Assembly: GCA_001001555.1 (NCBI GenBank) | Contig: LCKS01000004.1 | Span: 36,130 to 100,129, forward strand | Length of the DNA: 64,000 bases | DNA from: Candidatus Amesbacteria bacterium GW2011_GWC2_45_19 | Lineage (GTDB): Bacteria; Patescibacteriota; Microgenomatia; CAZETR01; Amesbacteraceae | Direction of reading: 5' to 3' | Shown here: in pieces, positions 18,804 to 27,221 of the stretch | Layout of the letters: every line of letters begins with the position of its first letter | Position numbering within the stretch: the first letter of the stretch is position 1 | Translations under genes and position numbers: made by a program | The notes under the pieces: model-generated | Database searches by the model: none | What the model saw: only the letters and a program-made list of their open reading frames with translations | What the model was told of the DNA's origin: nothing

Positions 18804-19068
18804 GGTTAGTTGCGGCCCGGCCTTCGTTTACCCAGTTTACAATGTTTTCCATGTTTTCCCATCCAGGCCGGCTTCTTACGCCCAACACACCGGTAAACTT
18901 TCTCAACGCATCCGCATAAGAAACTTTTCTCTTTCTCAATTTCAACTGCTTGCCAACCGCCATAGCCACAAAACGGCTTCTTTGCCTAGTGGACACTTGA
19001 TCTTTCAGGTCTGAGTATAAGTCCCAAGGCAACGTAAAATTCACTCTAGTCGTTGTTTGCATATACAC
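18757..19068 (-). CDS. ribbon-helix-helix (CopG-like) antitoxin
   Basis: TRVNFTLPWDLYSDLKDQVSTRQRSRFVAMAV RHH pattern; overlaps the PIN gene. Confidence 0.6.
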   Translation of the reverse strand: MYMQTTTRVNFTLPWDLYSDLKDQVSTRQRSRFVAMAVGKQLKLRKRKVSYADALRKFTGVLGVRSRPGWENMENIVNWVNEGRAATNRDYSYIPYAKPKKER

Positions 19069-19095
19069 ACTTTATATCACCATTATACACACTTG

Positions 19096-20076
19096 TCAAT
19101 AGGTGGGTAGGAATTGTTTGAGGTTGTCGGCGGTAATATAAAATTGGTTGCCTTTGCCTTCGACTATGAGTTTGGCGGTTTTGCGGACGATGCCCTGGAT
19201 AGTGCGCTCCAGAGTGCGGATACCGGCGTCAAAGCCTAGGGGGCGGACGATTTGGGGCCAAACGGCGTCGTCGATTTTGAGAGCTGAATCCGGAAGAGAA
19301 GCATTTTTAATCTCGATGGGCAAAACGTAATCGCGGGCGATGGTGATTTTTTCCTCGTCGTTGTAGGAGGGCATAGTCAGAGGCTCGAGCCGGTCCATGA
19401 CGGCAGCAGAAATATTGGTAGTGTTGTTACAAGTGGCAATAAACAGAACCTGGGAGAGATCGAAAGGATAATCAATGTAATGATCGGTAAAACCGGCATT
19501 TTGTTCCGGGTCGAGAAGCTCGACCAATACACCCATGATTTCAGAGCGGGCGGAATCGGCCACCCGGTCGATTTCGTCCAGTAAAATTACCGGGTTTTTG
19601 GTTTGGGCCCGGCGCAGATTTTTGATGATTTGGCCCGGCTCGGCGTCGGGGTAAACCCGGGACTGGCCACGCAAGTCTAAGGCCAAGCCCATGCCGCCAA
19701 AGGGAATGCGCACAAATTTTCTGCCCATAGCTTCGGCGATGGATTTGGCCAGAGTGGTTTTGCCGGTACCCACCAGGCCCACCAGCAATAAAATCGGGGC
19801 GTGATAAATGGTGCTTTTTTGCTGATTTAGGATCAGGACTGAGAGATATTCCAGAATGCGTTGTTTTAAATCTTCCAGGCCGTAGTGGTGCCGGTCGAGA
19901 ATTTGCTTGGCGTGACCCAAGTCTAAAATATCTTTGGTGGTTTTGTCCCAGGGAAGATTAGTAATCCAATCAATATAGTGGGCCGCCTGCTCGGGATTGG
20001 TGCCCCGAGTCAAAACCTCTTCGGCTTTGGCCCGCAGGTCATCCGGCAGCGTGGCAGTCTTTAACTTGTCATCCAT
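19096..20076 (-). CDS. Lon-like AAA+ ATPase module (no N-domain, no S16 protease domain)
   Basis: Residue-level match to the Lon AAA+ region: HYGLEDLKQRILEYL, GTGKTTLAKSIAEAMGRKFVRI, ILLDEIDRV, LDPEQNAGFTDHY, ATCNNTTNI, DRLEPL. It ends ([10 protein letters not shown]) exactly where canonical Lon continues into the protease domain. Confidence 0.75.
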   Translation of the reverse strand: MDDKLKTATLPDDLRAKAEEVLTRGTNPEQAAHYIDWITNLPWDKTTKDILDLGHAKQILDRHHYGLEDLKQRILEYLSVLILNQQKSTIYHAPILLLVGLVGTGKTTLAKSIAEAMGRKFVRIPFGGMGLALDLRGQSRVYPDAEPGQIIKNLRRAQTKNPVILLDEIDRVADSARSEIMGVLVELLDPEQNAGFTDHYIDYPFDLSQVLFIATCNNTTNISAAVMDRLEPLTMPSYNDEEKITIARDYVLPIEIKNASLPDSALKIDDAVWPQIVRPLGFDAGIRTLERTIQGIVRKTAKLIVEGKGNQFYITADNLKQFLPTY

Positions 20077-20091
20077 TGGTTCTAGTTTACA

Positions 20092-22221
20092 TCAAAAGCG
20101 GCGGCGGGTGTCGCGGCGCATGGGGGCACGGAAGCGGTTGTCGGGGCGCCCGCCTTCGCTAAAGCTACGGCGAGGTGAAGGACGGGGCTCACGGGCTTTG
20201 ACTAGAGGCTGGCCGGCCGCGTCGAAAAGCATGGACAGGCTGATACGGTTTTGAGCGTCGATTTCGATGACCCACACCCGGACTTTATCGCCTTCGTGGA
20301 CAATCTGATTGGGATCGGCCACAAAACCCTGGGCCATCTGGGAAACGTGGACCAGGCCGTCCTTGCCGGGCAAAATATTTACAAAAGCGCCAAAAGGCTG
20401 GATGCGGGCCACGGTGCCTTCATAGATTTCTCCGGCTTTGACTTCCTGGCCCAAGGATGCAATCCAACTAATAGCGCCGTTTACACCATCCTGGTCGGTA
20501 CCGGAGATAAAAACGGAGCCGTTATCATTGACATCGATTGACACACTGAAGTCGGCCATGAGTTTTTTGATGACTTTGCCGCCCGGACCGATCAGCTCGC
20601 CGATCTTGTCCACGGGAATAGTGACCACATGAATTTTGGGAGCGTACTGGGATAATTCTTTTCTGGGTCCGGGAATAGTCTTGAGCATGGTTTGCAAAAT
20701 CTGCATGCGGGCGGTTCTAGCCCGGGCGAATGTTTGTTCACAAATATCCAAGGTTAATCCGGGAATTTTGACGTCTAATTGAATGGCGGTGATACCTGTT
20801 TCTGTGCCGGCGACTTTAAAATCCATATCGCCGTAGTGATCTTCCCCACCATTAATATCTGTCAACAGCTGGCGGTCAACCAGACCGATAGAAATACCGG
20901 CTACGGGAGCAATGATAGGAACTCCGGCGTCCATCAAGGACAAGGTTGAACCGCAGGTACTGGCCATGGAAGTGGAGCCGTCGGAGGACATGATTTCCGA
21001 AACCACCCGGATGGCGTAGGGAAAATCAGTTTCAGCAGGAATAACCGGGGCCAAGGCCCTTTCAGCCAAAGCTCCGTGACCGATTTCCCGCCGGCCGGGC
21101 GAACCCATGCGGCCGGTTTCTCCGGTGGAAAACGGGGGGAAATTGTAATGGCACATGTAACGTTTGGTGTCTTCTCCTTCGGCCGATTCCAGAGATTGAG
21201 ACAGAGAGGGGGCGCCGAGAGTTGTGACGGTTAGGACTTGTGTTTCTCCTCTTTGAAAAATGGCAGAGCCGTGAACCCGGGGCAAAACTCCAACTTCGGC
21301 AGAAAGCGGGCGGATTTCATCCAATTTGCGGCCGTCGGGGCGCTGGCCGGCCAGAATATTTTTGCGGAAAGCGGCAGAAAACAATTCTTCAACTATTTCT
21401 TTGACTTCTGCCTGGTCCTGGGGATCAAAGCTGGAAACGAGAGGTTCTATTTCTGCCTCATCCTGCAAATTTTTGGCGGCTTTGCGAACTTGGGCCACCA
21501 GTTCAGAATTATGATCTTTAGCGGTAACAGAAATTTTGTCCCGGCCAATTTCTTTGACCAAGTTATTGATGAGGGAGATAATTTTTTTGTTTTCGGCAAA
21601 CCCGGTTTTCAAAGCTTCCAGGATAGTAGCTTCCGGGACTTGATTGGCCCCGGCCTCAATCATAGGAATAACAGTTTCGGAACTGGTGACAACCAAGTCC
21701 AAATCCACTCCAGCGCGGTTTCCGTTTTCGGGGTTAATCACCAACTGGCCGTCGACCAATCCCATACGAACTGCGGCCACGGGTCCATTCCAGGGAATTG
21801 GGGAAATAGCCAAAGCGGCCGAGGTGGCAATGAGACCTAAAACGTCGGCATCGTTGGCGGTGTCTACGGAGAGGACGGTAATAATTACCTGGACTTCGTT
21901 TTTAAGCCCTTTGGGGAAAAGAGGGCGGATGGAACGGTCAATGAGCCGAGCTGATAAAACTTCGGCGTCGGTAGGGCGGCCTTCGCGTTTAACCCAACGC
22001 GAACCTTTGATGCGGCCGCCGGCATATAAACGCTCTTGGTACTCGACAGATAAAGGAAAATAATCTTTTTTCAGGTCTTCTTTACCCAGAACGACAGTGG
22101 CCAAAAGCGAAGTGTCCCCATAACGGGCAAAAACGGCGCTGGTGGCACGAGAAGCGAACCGACCAACCTCTAAGGTTAAAGTACGTCCGGCTAGTTCTAA
22201 AGTTTTACTGACTAATTTCAT
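20092..22221 (-). CDS. pnp: polynucleotide phosphorylase
   Basis: two RNase PH domains, KH and S1 domains; 709 aa. Confidence 0.9.
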   Translation of the reverse strand: MKLVSKTLELAGRTLTLEVGRFASRATSAVFARYGDTSLLATVVLGKEDLKKDYFPLSVEYQERLYAGGRIKGSRWVKREGRPTDAEVLSARLIDRSIRPLFPKGLKNEVQVIITVLSVDTANDADVLGLIATSAALAISPIPWNGPVAAVRMGLVDGQLVINPENGNRAGVDLDLVVTSSETVIPMIEAGANQVPEATILEALKTGFAENKKIISLINNLVKEIGRDKISVTAKDHNSELVAQVRKAAKNLQDEAEIEPLVSSFDPQDQAEVKEIVEELFSAAFRKNILAGQRPDGRKLDEIRPLSAEVGVLPRVHGSAIFQRGETQVLTVTTLGAPSLSQSLESAEGEDTKRYMCHYNFPPFSTGETGRMGSPGRREIGHGALAERALAPVIPAETDFPYAIRVVSEIMSSDGSTSMASTCGSTLSLMDAGVPIIAPVAGISIGLVDRQLLTDINGGEDHYGDMDFKVAGTETGITAIQLDVKIPGLTLDICEQTFARARTARMQILQTMLKTIPGPRKELSQYAPKIHVVTIPVDKIGELIGPGGKVIKKLMADFSVSIDVNDNGSVFISGTDQDGVNGAISWIASLGQEVKAGEIYEGTVARIQPFGAFVNILPGKDGLVHVSQMAQGFVADPNQIVHEGDKVRVWVIEIDAQNRISLSMLFDAAGQPLVKAREPRPSPRRSFSEGGRPDNRFRAPMRRDTRRRF

Positions 22222-22487
22222 TTGGATAAACCCAATTTCTTAGACAGGTCATTATATCTTTTAATGTCCTTCTTTTGTAAGTAGAATAATAGTCGGCGGC
22301 GCTTGTTGACCATAGATAGCAGGCCCCGGCGGGAATGTTCGTCCTTTTTATGGGCTTGCAAATGTTCGACCAATTTGGTGATCTTTTCGCTCAGCAGGGC
22401 CGCCTGAACTTCGGGAGAACCGGTGTCTCCTTTGCCTTGGGCAAATTTCTTGATGACGTCTTCTTTTGATTTAGGGTCTAAAGCCAT
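22218..22487 (-). CDS. rpsO: 30S ribosomal protein S15
   Basis: [24 protein letters not shown]; 89 aa. Confidence 0.9.
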   Translation of the reverse strand: MALDPKSKEDVIKKFAQGKGDTGSPEVQAALLSEKITKLVEHLQAHKKDEHSRRGLLSMVNKRRRLLFYLQKKDIKRYNDLSKKLGLSK

Positions 22488-22671
22488 AATAAACGTAAGA
22501 GGTAGGGCGAGAGTGAGTCCGCTTAGCGGACAAACCCCCGTTAATGTCTCTTACTGCCGGTATTATAACACAAAAATGGGTTCTAAAACCAATTTGGGCT
22601 ATTATTCGCATCAAATTATCCTCTTACAAATCCCCACGGCCGTCAAAATTTGTAAGAAACTTGTCCAAAAT

Positions 22672-23421
22672 TTAGGAAACGGTGGTGCCGGAAAAGACTT
22701 TGGGGGTGTACCAATCGGGAGACGGGTTAGTTGGTTCTTGGTTATTGGTTATCTGCGAGTTACTTGGTTCTGGAGTGAAGCCGTCGTGGCGGCGGGCACC
22801 CTGGCGCATAAGAACTGCGGCGATTTCAAAAGTATCGGCCGTGACATTAGCCGTAAAATTGGAGGTAGATTTTTCCAGTCCGGCTAAGAGATTAGAGGCG
22901 GCATCATTAGAAATAGGGAGCTTGAGAGTTTCGAGAAGGCGGGTGACTTCCTCGGATCCAGCCAGAGAAAAGTGTTTGGTTTGAGCAAAAACTTCCGGAA
23001 CTTCCGCTCCGGCCACCAGAATGATCAGATCGGCCTGGGCGCCGCCAGAGATGAAATTTAATTTGCGGTGGTCAAGACCGGGGGTGTTGGGTTTGGGAGT
23101 GATAACTAAATTCAGCTCCCCCCTATCATCTAAATGATAACTGACTTTATCCACAATTTCCGTCTGGCCGGGAAAGGTGATCACCAGGTTGCGGCTGCCA
23201 AAGTTAGAAATGACCGTATCTGCTCCCACTAAGCGGTGAAATTCCACGGTCATGGGATCGGCACAGGTCACAGAGGCGGGTTTGCCGAACTGATCCAGGG
23301 AGAGTTTGAGAGCCAGGGCGGCGGCCACGGCATCATAGCCAGGGTTTTGGGGAAGAAGAATGGCTACCGAACGGGCAGAATCCAGCAGGCCCTTAAATTG
23401 ATTGGTATCAACTGGCGCCAT
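22672..23421 (-). CDS. DHH-family (NrnA-like) domain protein with degenerate catalytic motifs
   Basis: Occupies the nrnA-like slot between infB and rpsO; AILLPQNPGYDAVAAALAL resembles DHH motif I but lacks the Asp residues and the DHH triad. Confidence 0.35.
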   Translation of the reverse strand: MAPVDTNQFKGLLDSARSVAILLPQNPGYDAVAAALALKLSLDQFGKPASVTCADPMTVEFHRLVGADTVISNFGSRNLVITFPGQTEIVDKVSYHLDDRGELNLVITPKPNTPGLDHRKLNFISGGAQADLIILVAGAEVPEVFAQTKHFSLAGSEEVTRLLETLKLPISNDAASNLLAGLEKSTSNFTANVTADTFEIAAVLMRQGARRHDGFTPEPSNSQITNNQEPTNPSPDWYTPKVFSGTTVS

Positions 23422-24796
23422 GGATAGTGACGGCTATTATAATATCACCGGTCTTGAAGTCAACTGGCGGAGAAAAAACGGCCCCGAATTCCTGGCCGGT
23501 TTTAATTTTTTCAACTTCGGCTTTGCCAATTTTAAGAGATTTTATTTTGGTAATTTTGTCACCGATTTTGATCGAGTTGGTTTTGAGTATTTCTCCTTCG
23601 GTGCATTTACCCCCGGCCACCCGTAGATTGTCTATTTTGAACCCGGCCAGAATCTGGGCCCGGCCGGTAATGGTTTCGGTCTCTTGAGGATGGACTAATT
23701 TTTCTATGGCATCTAAAAGCTCATAAATAACATTAAAAGAGTGGATTTTAACTTTGTCTATTTCGGCTAGTTTGGCGGTGGAGCCGGGAATTTTGACATT
23801 AAAAGCAATTATTTGAGAATTTGTGGAAGTGGCAAAAAGAATGTCAGATTCGGTAACTTCGCCAGTAGCTGACGAAATTAGATTGACTTCCGGGGGTAAC
23901 AAAGAAGTAATGGCCTCAAGAGAACCGAGAGTGTCGGCTTTGAGGATAATTTTGACTATATCACCCTCTCCCTTCGGCCTGCCTGCCGGCAAGGCAGGGT
24001 TTCCCCCTCTTAAATTAAGAGGGGGAACGAAAGGGGGTGATATTTTAGTGATAGCAGAACTTAGTACAGACCCTACAGGGACGACGGAAGTGAGGCCGAG
24101 AATTTCGACGGGGGTAGAAGGCAGAGCAGGATTGACAGACAGGGCCTTGGCTTTACCGACCAATTTGTCTGAAAATAGCTCCTGGCCAACTTTTAAAGTA
24201 CCGTTTTTGACGATGCACATAGCCAAAGGGCCGCGGCGGGTATCCAAGTGAGATTCAAGAACAATACACTCTAGAGAGCCGGAAGGGTCGGAGACTGGAG
24301 GTTGGAGGCTAGAAACTAGATGGACCATCTCCAAAAGTTCAGGCAAGCCCTGGCCGGTTTTGGCAGAAACGGGAATGGCAGGTACGTCACCTCCAAACCC
24401 TTCGACTAAAACTGCGTTTTCAACCAATTGGGATTTGACGGTGTCTGCGGAGGCCCCGGGAAGGTCCATTTTATTAATAGCCACAATCATGGGAATACCG
24501 GCTGATTTAATGGTGGCTATAGATTCTTTGGTCTGGGGCATGACCCCGTCTACGGCGGAAATTACCAAAATAGCAATGTCGGCAATATCAGCTCCCCGGC
24601 TGCGCATTTGAGAAAAAGCAGCGTGTCCCGGCGTGTCGATGAAAGTGATACCGTTCGTCTGGAAAGCGTGAGTGCTTTGGGTTATACCCCCGACTTCACG
24701 AGAGGCGATGTTGGTTTTACACAGAGCATCAAGAAGAAAAGTTTTGCCATGATCTACATGGCCCAAAATGACAACGATAGGTGGTCTGGTTTGCAT
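23408..24796 (-). CDS. infB: translation initiation factor IF-2 (short form starting at the G domain)
   Basis: [28 protein letters not shown] GTPase motifs; 462 aa. Confidence 0.85.
   Translation of the reverse strand: MQTRPPIVVILGHVDHGKTFLLDALCKTNIASREVGGITQSTHAFQTNGITFIDTPGHAAFSQMRSRGADIADIAILVISAVDGVMPQTKESIATIKSAGIPMIVAINKMDLPGASADTVKSQLVENAVLVEGFGGDVPAIPVSAKTGQGLPELLEMVHLVSSLQPPVSDPSGSLECIVLESHLDTRRGPLAMCIVKNGTLKVGQELFSDKLVGKAKALSVNPALPSTPVEILGLTSVVPVGSVLSSAITKISPPFVPPLNLRGGNPALPAGRPKGEGDIVKIILKADTLGSLEAITSLLPPEVNLISSATGEVTESDILFATSTNSQIIAFNVKIPGSTAKLAEIDKVKIHSFNVIYELLDAIEKLVHPQETETITGRAQILAGFKIDNLRVAGGKCTEGEILKTNSIKIGDKITKIKSLKIGKAEVEKIKTGQEFGAVFSPPVDFKTGDIIIAVTIHGAS
23939..24022. mobile_element. 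RPE-like nested palindromic element (TIR TATCACCC/GGGTGATA; inner hairpin CCCCCTCTTAA-tt-TAAGAGGGGG plus CCTGCC-GGCAA-GGCAGG) inserted in-frame within infB
   Basis: About 84 bp (28 codons). Translated within IF2 as ...VPPLNLRGGNPALPAGRPKGEGDIV. A homologous element lies in grpE. Confidence 0.55.
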
Positions 24797-24797
24797 C

Positions 24798-25769
24798 TCA
24801 TTTTTCGCTCTTGATATCGATGTGATAGCCGGTGAGCTTGCCGGCTAGTTTGGCGTTTTGACCCTCGCGGCCGATAGCCAGAGACAGTTGATCGGCGGGG
24901 GCAGTAACAACGGCCTCAGCTTTTTTGGCATTGGCTTTGACGATCAGGCCGGTGGCGGGAGACAGGGCGGAGGCGATAAATTTCTCCGTCTCTTCACTAA
25001 ACTGAACTATATCTATTTTTTCTCCGTTGAGCTCACCGATAACAGCCTGAACCCGGACGCCTTTTTGGCCTACACAGGAGCCGACCGGATCTACCCCAGA
25101 TTGGTGGGAGTAGACGGCAATTTTGGTCCGGGATCCGGGGTCGCGGGCAATGACTTTAATCTCGACAGCACCGGAGTTGACCTCGGGAACTTCTCTTTTG
25201 AACAATTCCTTGATCAGACCGGTGTTGGCCCGGGAAACGATCACTTCGCGGCCACGTAAGGAGTCGCGGATACTGTCCAGATAAAAAGTCAGGCGTTGGT
25301 TGATGTGATAGTCCTCGGAATAGACCTGTTCGGCGGGAGGCATGACGGCCTCGGCCTTGCCGATATCCACAATGATTTCGTTGCCGATGAAGCGCAGAAT
25401 CATGCCGTTGACCAGTGTGCCTAAGCGTTTTTCATATTCGGTGACGGTGGCGGATTTTTCGGCCTCGCGGATTTTCTGCATGATAACTTGCTTGGCAGTT
25501 TGGGCGGCGATGCGGCCAAACCCCGGAGGAGTGATATCCAATCTTTTTTTACCCTTGAGAACAAATACCCGGTGGTCGCCTGTTTGAGAATCGAGGTCCG
25601 AATCGTATGTTTTAGTCTCGTCGTATTGGTCGGGATGGTCTTTTTTAAAGGCGGCGACAATGGCTTGCTTAATAGTGTCCAGGACGACTTGAGGATCCAG
25701 ATTGCGCTCATGCGCCACCTGATTTAAGGCGGAGGCAAATTCGGTTCTGGCTTGCAAAACTTTGGCCAT
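24798..25769 (-). CDS. nusA: transcription termination/antitermination factor NusA (short, no AR repeats)
   Basis: N-terminal domain, S1, KH1/KH2; 323 aa. Confidence 0.85.
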   Translation of the reverse strand: MAKVLQARTEFASALNQVAHERNLDPQVVLDTIKQAIVAAFKKDHPDQYDETKTYDSDLDSQTGDHRVFVLKGKKRLDITPPGFGRIAAQTAKQVIMQKIREAEKSATVTEYEKRLGTLVNGMILRFIGNEIIVDIGKAEAVMPPAEQVYSEDYHINQRLTFYLDSIRDSLRGREVIVSRANTGLIKELFKREVPEVNSGAVEIKVIARDPGSRTKIAVYSHQSGVDPVGSCVGQKGVRVQAVIGELNGEKIDIVQFSEETEKFIASALSPATGLIVKANAKKAEAVVTAPADQLSLAIGREGQNAKLAGKLTGYHIDIKSEK

Positions 25770-25801
25770 ACAGTGGCCAATTTTATCAGAAGCTGAGGCG
25801 T

Positions 25802-25841
25802 TATACCACCCCCACCCTCCCCCTCCTAATCTAGGAGGGGG
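25802..25841. repeat. left inverted repeat TATACCACCCCCACCCTCCCCCTCCTAATCTAGGAGGGGG (contains hairpin CCCCCTCCTAA-tc-TAGGAGGGGG)
   Basis: Inverted partner at 27011..27048; the hairpin overlaps the DUF559 stop (..LTPS*). Confidence 0.6.
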
Positions 25842-26190
25842 TAAGTTCCTTTCTAATCTGGTCCACTACTTTGTCTAAATTGGACTGAACTTCCCAATTC
25901 CAAAATCTAATAACTTTGATGTTAAAAGCCCCTAGATATCTGGTTCTATACGAATCATATTTATAATTTTGCTTGTGTTGCTCGCCATCGAGTTCTATGG
26001 CAAGTTTTTTCTCCGGACAGTAAAAGTCCAAAATATAAAATGTTACACTGTGCTGTCGGCGAAACTTAAAGCCGAGGCGGCTATTTTTCAACTTGCTCCA
26101 AAGCAACCTTTCTTCTCTAGTGCCATAGTTTCTTGACCTCCTTCGTTTTTGTTTGAGTTTAGGAGTATTAAAAATAAATTCTTTTCTCAT
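25831..26190 (-). CDS. DUF559 (Vsr/restriction-endonuclease-like fold) domain protein
   Basis: YILDFYCPEKKLAIELDGEQH core motif; AT-rich. Confidence 0.7.
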   Translation of the reverse strand: MRKEFIFNTPKLKQKRRRSRNYGTREERLLWSKLKNSRLGFKFRRQHSVTFYILDFYCPEKKLAIELDGEQHKQNYKYDSYRTRYLGAFNIKVIRFWNWEVQSNLDKVVDQIRKELTPS

Positions 26191-26260
26191 AAAACTGTAG
26201 TTTTATTTCCTTAATCTTACCAGTGCGCGCCTTTTGTGTTCAGGGTGTTAATATGATCGC

Positions 26261-27022
26261 ATGGTCAGTCGTTTGTATTCCGCTATATATTTATTGGAAA
26301 AATTATCTAATTTGGGGGCCATGAAGGTTAATATGCAGTATTTAACGAAAGGTGGCCCGGAATTAAATCACTTTATCGATCGTCAGGCACACCCTGCTAG
26401 AAATGAATATCTTGATATATGCAACCTTAAAAGATTTGTTGAGAGTGGCGAATATGTGATCTCAAATAAATATGTATGTATTTCGACTACATTTGAAACT
26501 TCCGATGTCAAATATAAGGCTTTTATTGGTCTTGATGTGGAGATCGGCGATGAGAAAGTAGTGTTTAATGTTGCCAAGTTTCTCGCACATAAATTAGGTA
26601 AATCGATTGATGTATTTAAAACAACGCGCGGTTTCCACTTTTTTATTCCTGATTTGGTATTTTCTGGTGATTTTGAGTACTTAACGAAAATATTTGAAAT
26701 TGCGAACGATGCTTCTTTGCGGATTGGAGACAAGTGGGTCGCAGGATATTTTGACTGTGTAAAAAAAGCAAAAACTTATAAAGATTTACAACAAATTTCG
26801 CGAGAAATATTAAACAATTTCGGACACTATCAAGCCAGAGGAAAATACACCTTCTTTGACTTAAGACATATCGCTCATGGCATGTTCGAATATGAACGTC
26901 AGCGGGGTATTTCTGATCAGAATAATGGTGTTAGAACACAATTGTTTTTTAGAATAACATCCAAGAACCACAACGATCATCCTCCGGTGTTTATAAAACA
27001 GTTTATTTATTCCCCCTCCTAA
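26261..27022 (+). CDS. hypothetical protein, possible archaeo-eukaryotic primase-polymerase (PrimPol/AEP) domain
   Basis: IGLDVEIGDE (motif I DxE), then about 28 aa later TTRGFHFFIP (motif II sxGxH), then an acidic motif III candidate; AT-rich; start may be an internal Met. Confidence 0.35.
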   Translation: MVSRLYSAIYLLEKLSNLGAMKVNMQYLTKGGPELNHFIDRQAHPARNEYLDICNLKRFVESGEYVISNKYVCISTTFETSDVKYKAFIGLDVEIGDEKVVFNVAKFLAHKLGKSIDVFKTTRGFHFFIPDLVFSGDFEYLTKIFEIANDASLRIGDKWVAGYFDCVKKAKTYKDLQQISREILNNFGHYQARGKYTFFDLRHIAHGMFEYERQRGISDQNNGVRTQLFFRITSKNHNDHPPVFIKQFIYSPS

Positions 27023-27048
27023 GTTAGGAGGGGGACGAGGGGGTGGTA
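27011..27048. repeat. right inverted repeat (hairpin CCCCCTCCTAA-gtt-AGGAGGGGG, spacer ACGA, then GGGGGTGGTA)
   Basis: Its reverse complement TACCACCCCCTCGTCCCCCTCCTAACTTAGGAGGGGG matches the left repeat at 25802; the hairpin supplies the ...SPS* stop of the 253-aa ORF. Confidence 0.6.
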
Positions 27049-27115
27049 CTAGAGAATGTCTGCTAATTCTTCCAGTAAACGTCTTTGTTCGTGGGAAAGA
27101 TGGGCGGGGAGATCG
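27049..27115 (-). pseudogene. remnant of dnaJ 3' end (diverged duplicate)
   Basis: Minus-strand translation VEHFYIDLPAHLSHEQRRLLEELADIL* versus DnaJ C-terminus DFYIRLIIDFPTHLSHRQKQILEEFERS*. Confidence 0.55.
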
Positions 27116-27221
27116 ATGTAGAAATGTTCCACCTAAGAGATGGAACTGCCTAACTATATTAAGCTAGGCGGTCTAATTGTTTATTGACATCTGGTCTTAC
27201 CCTTGTTAACATTAGTTTACA

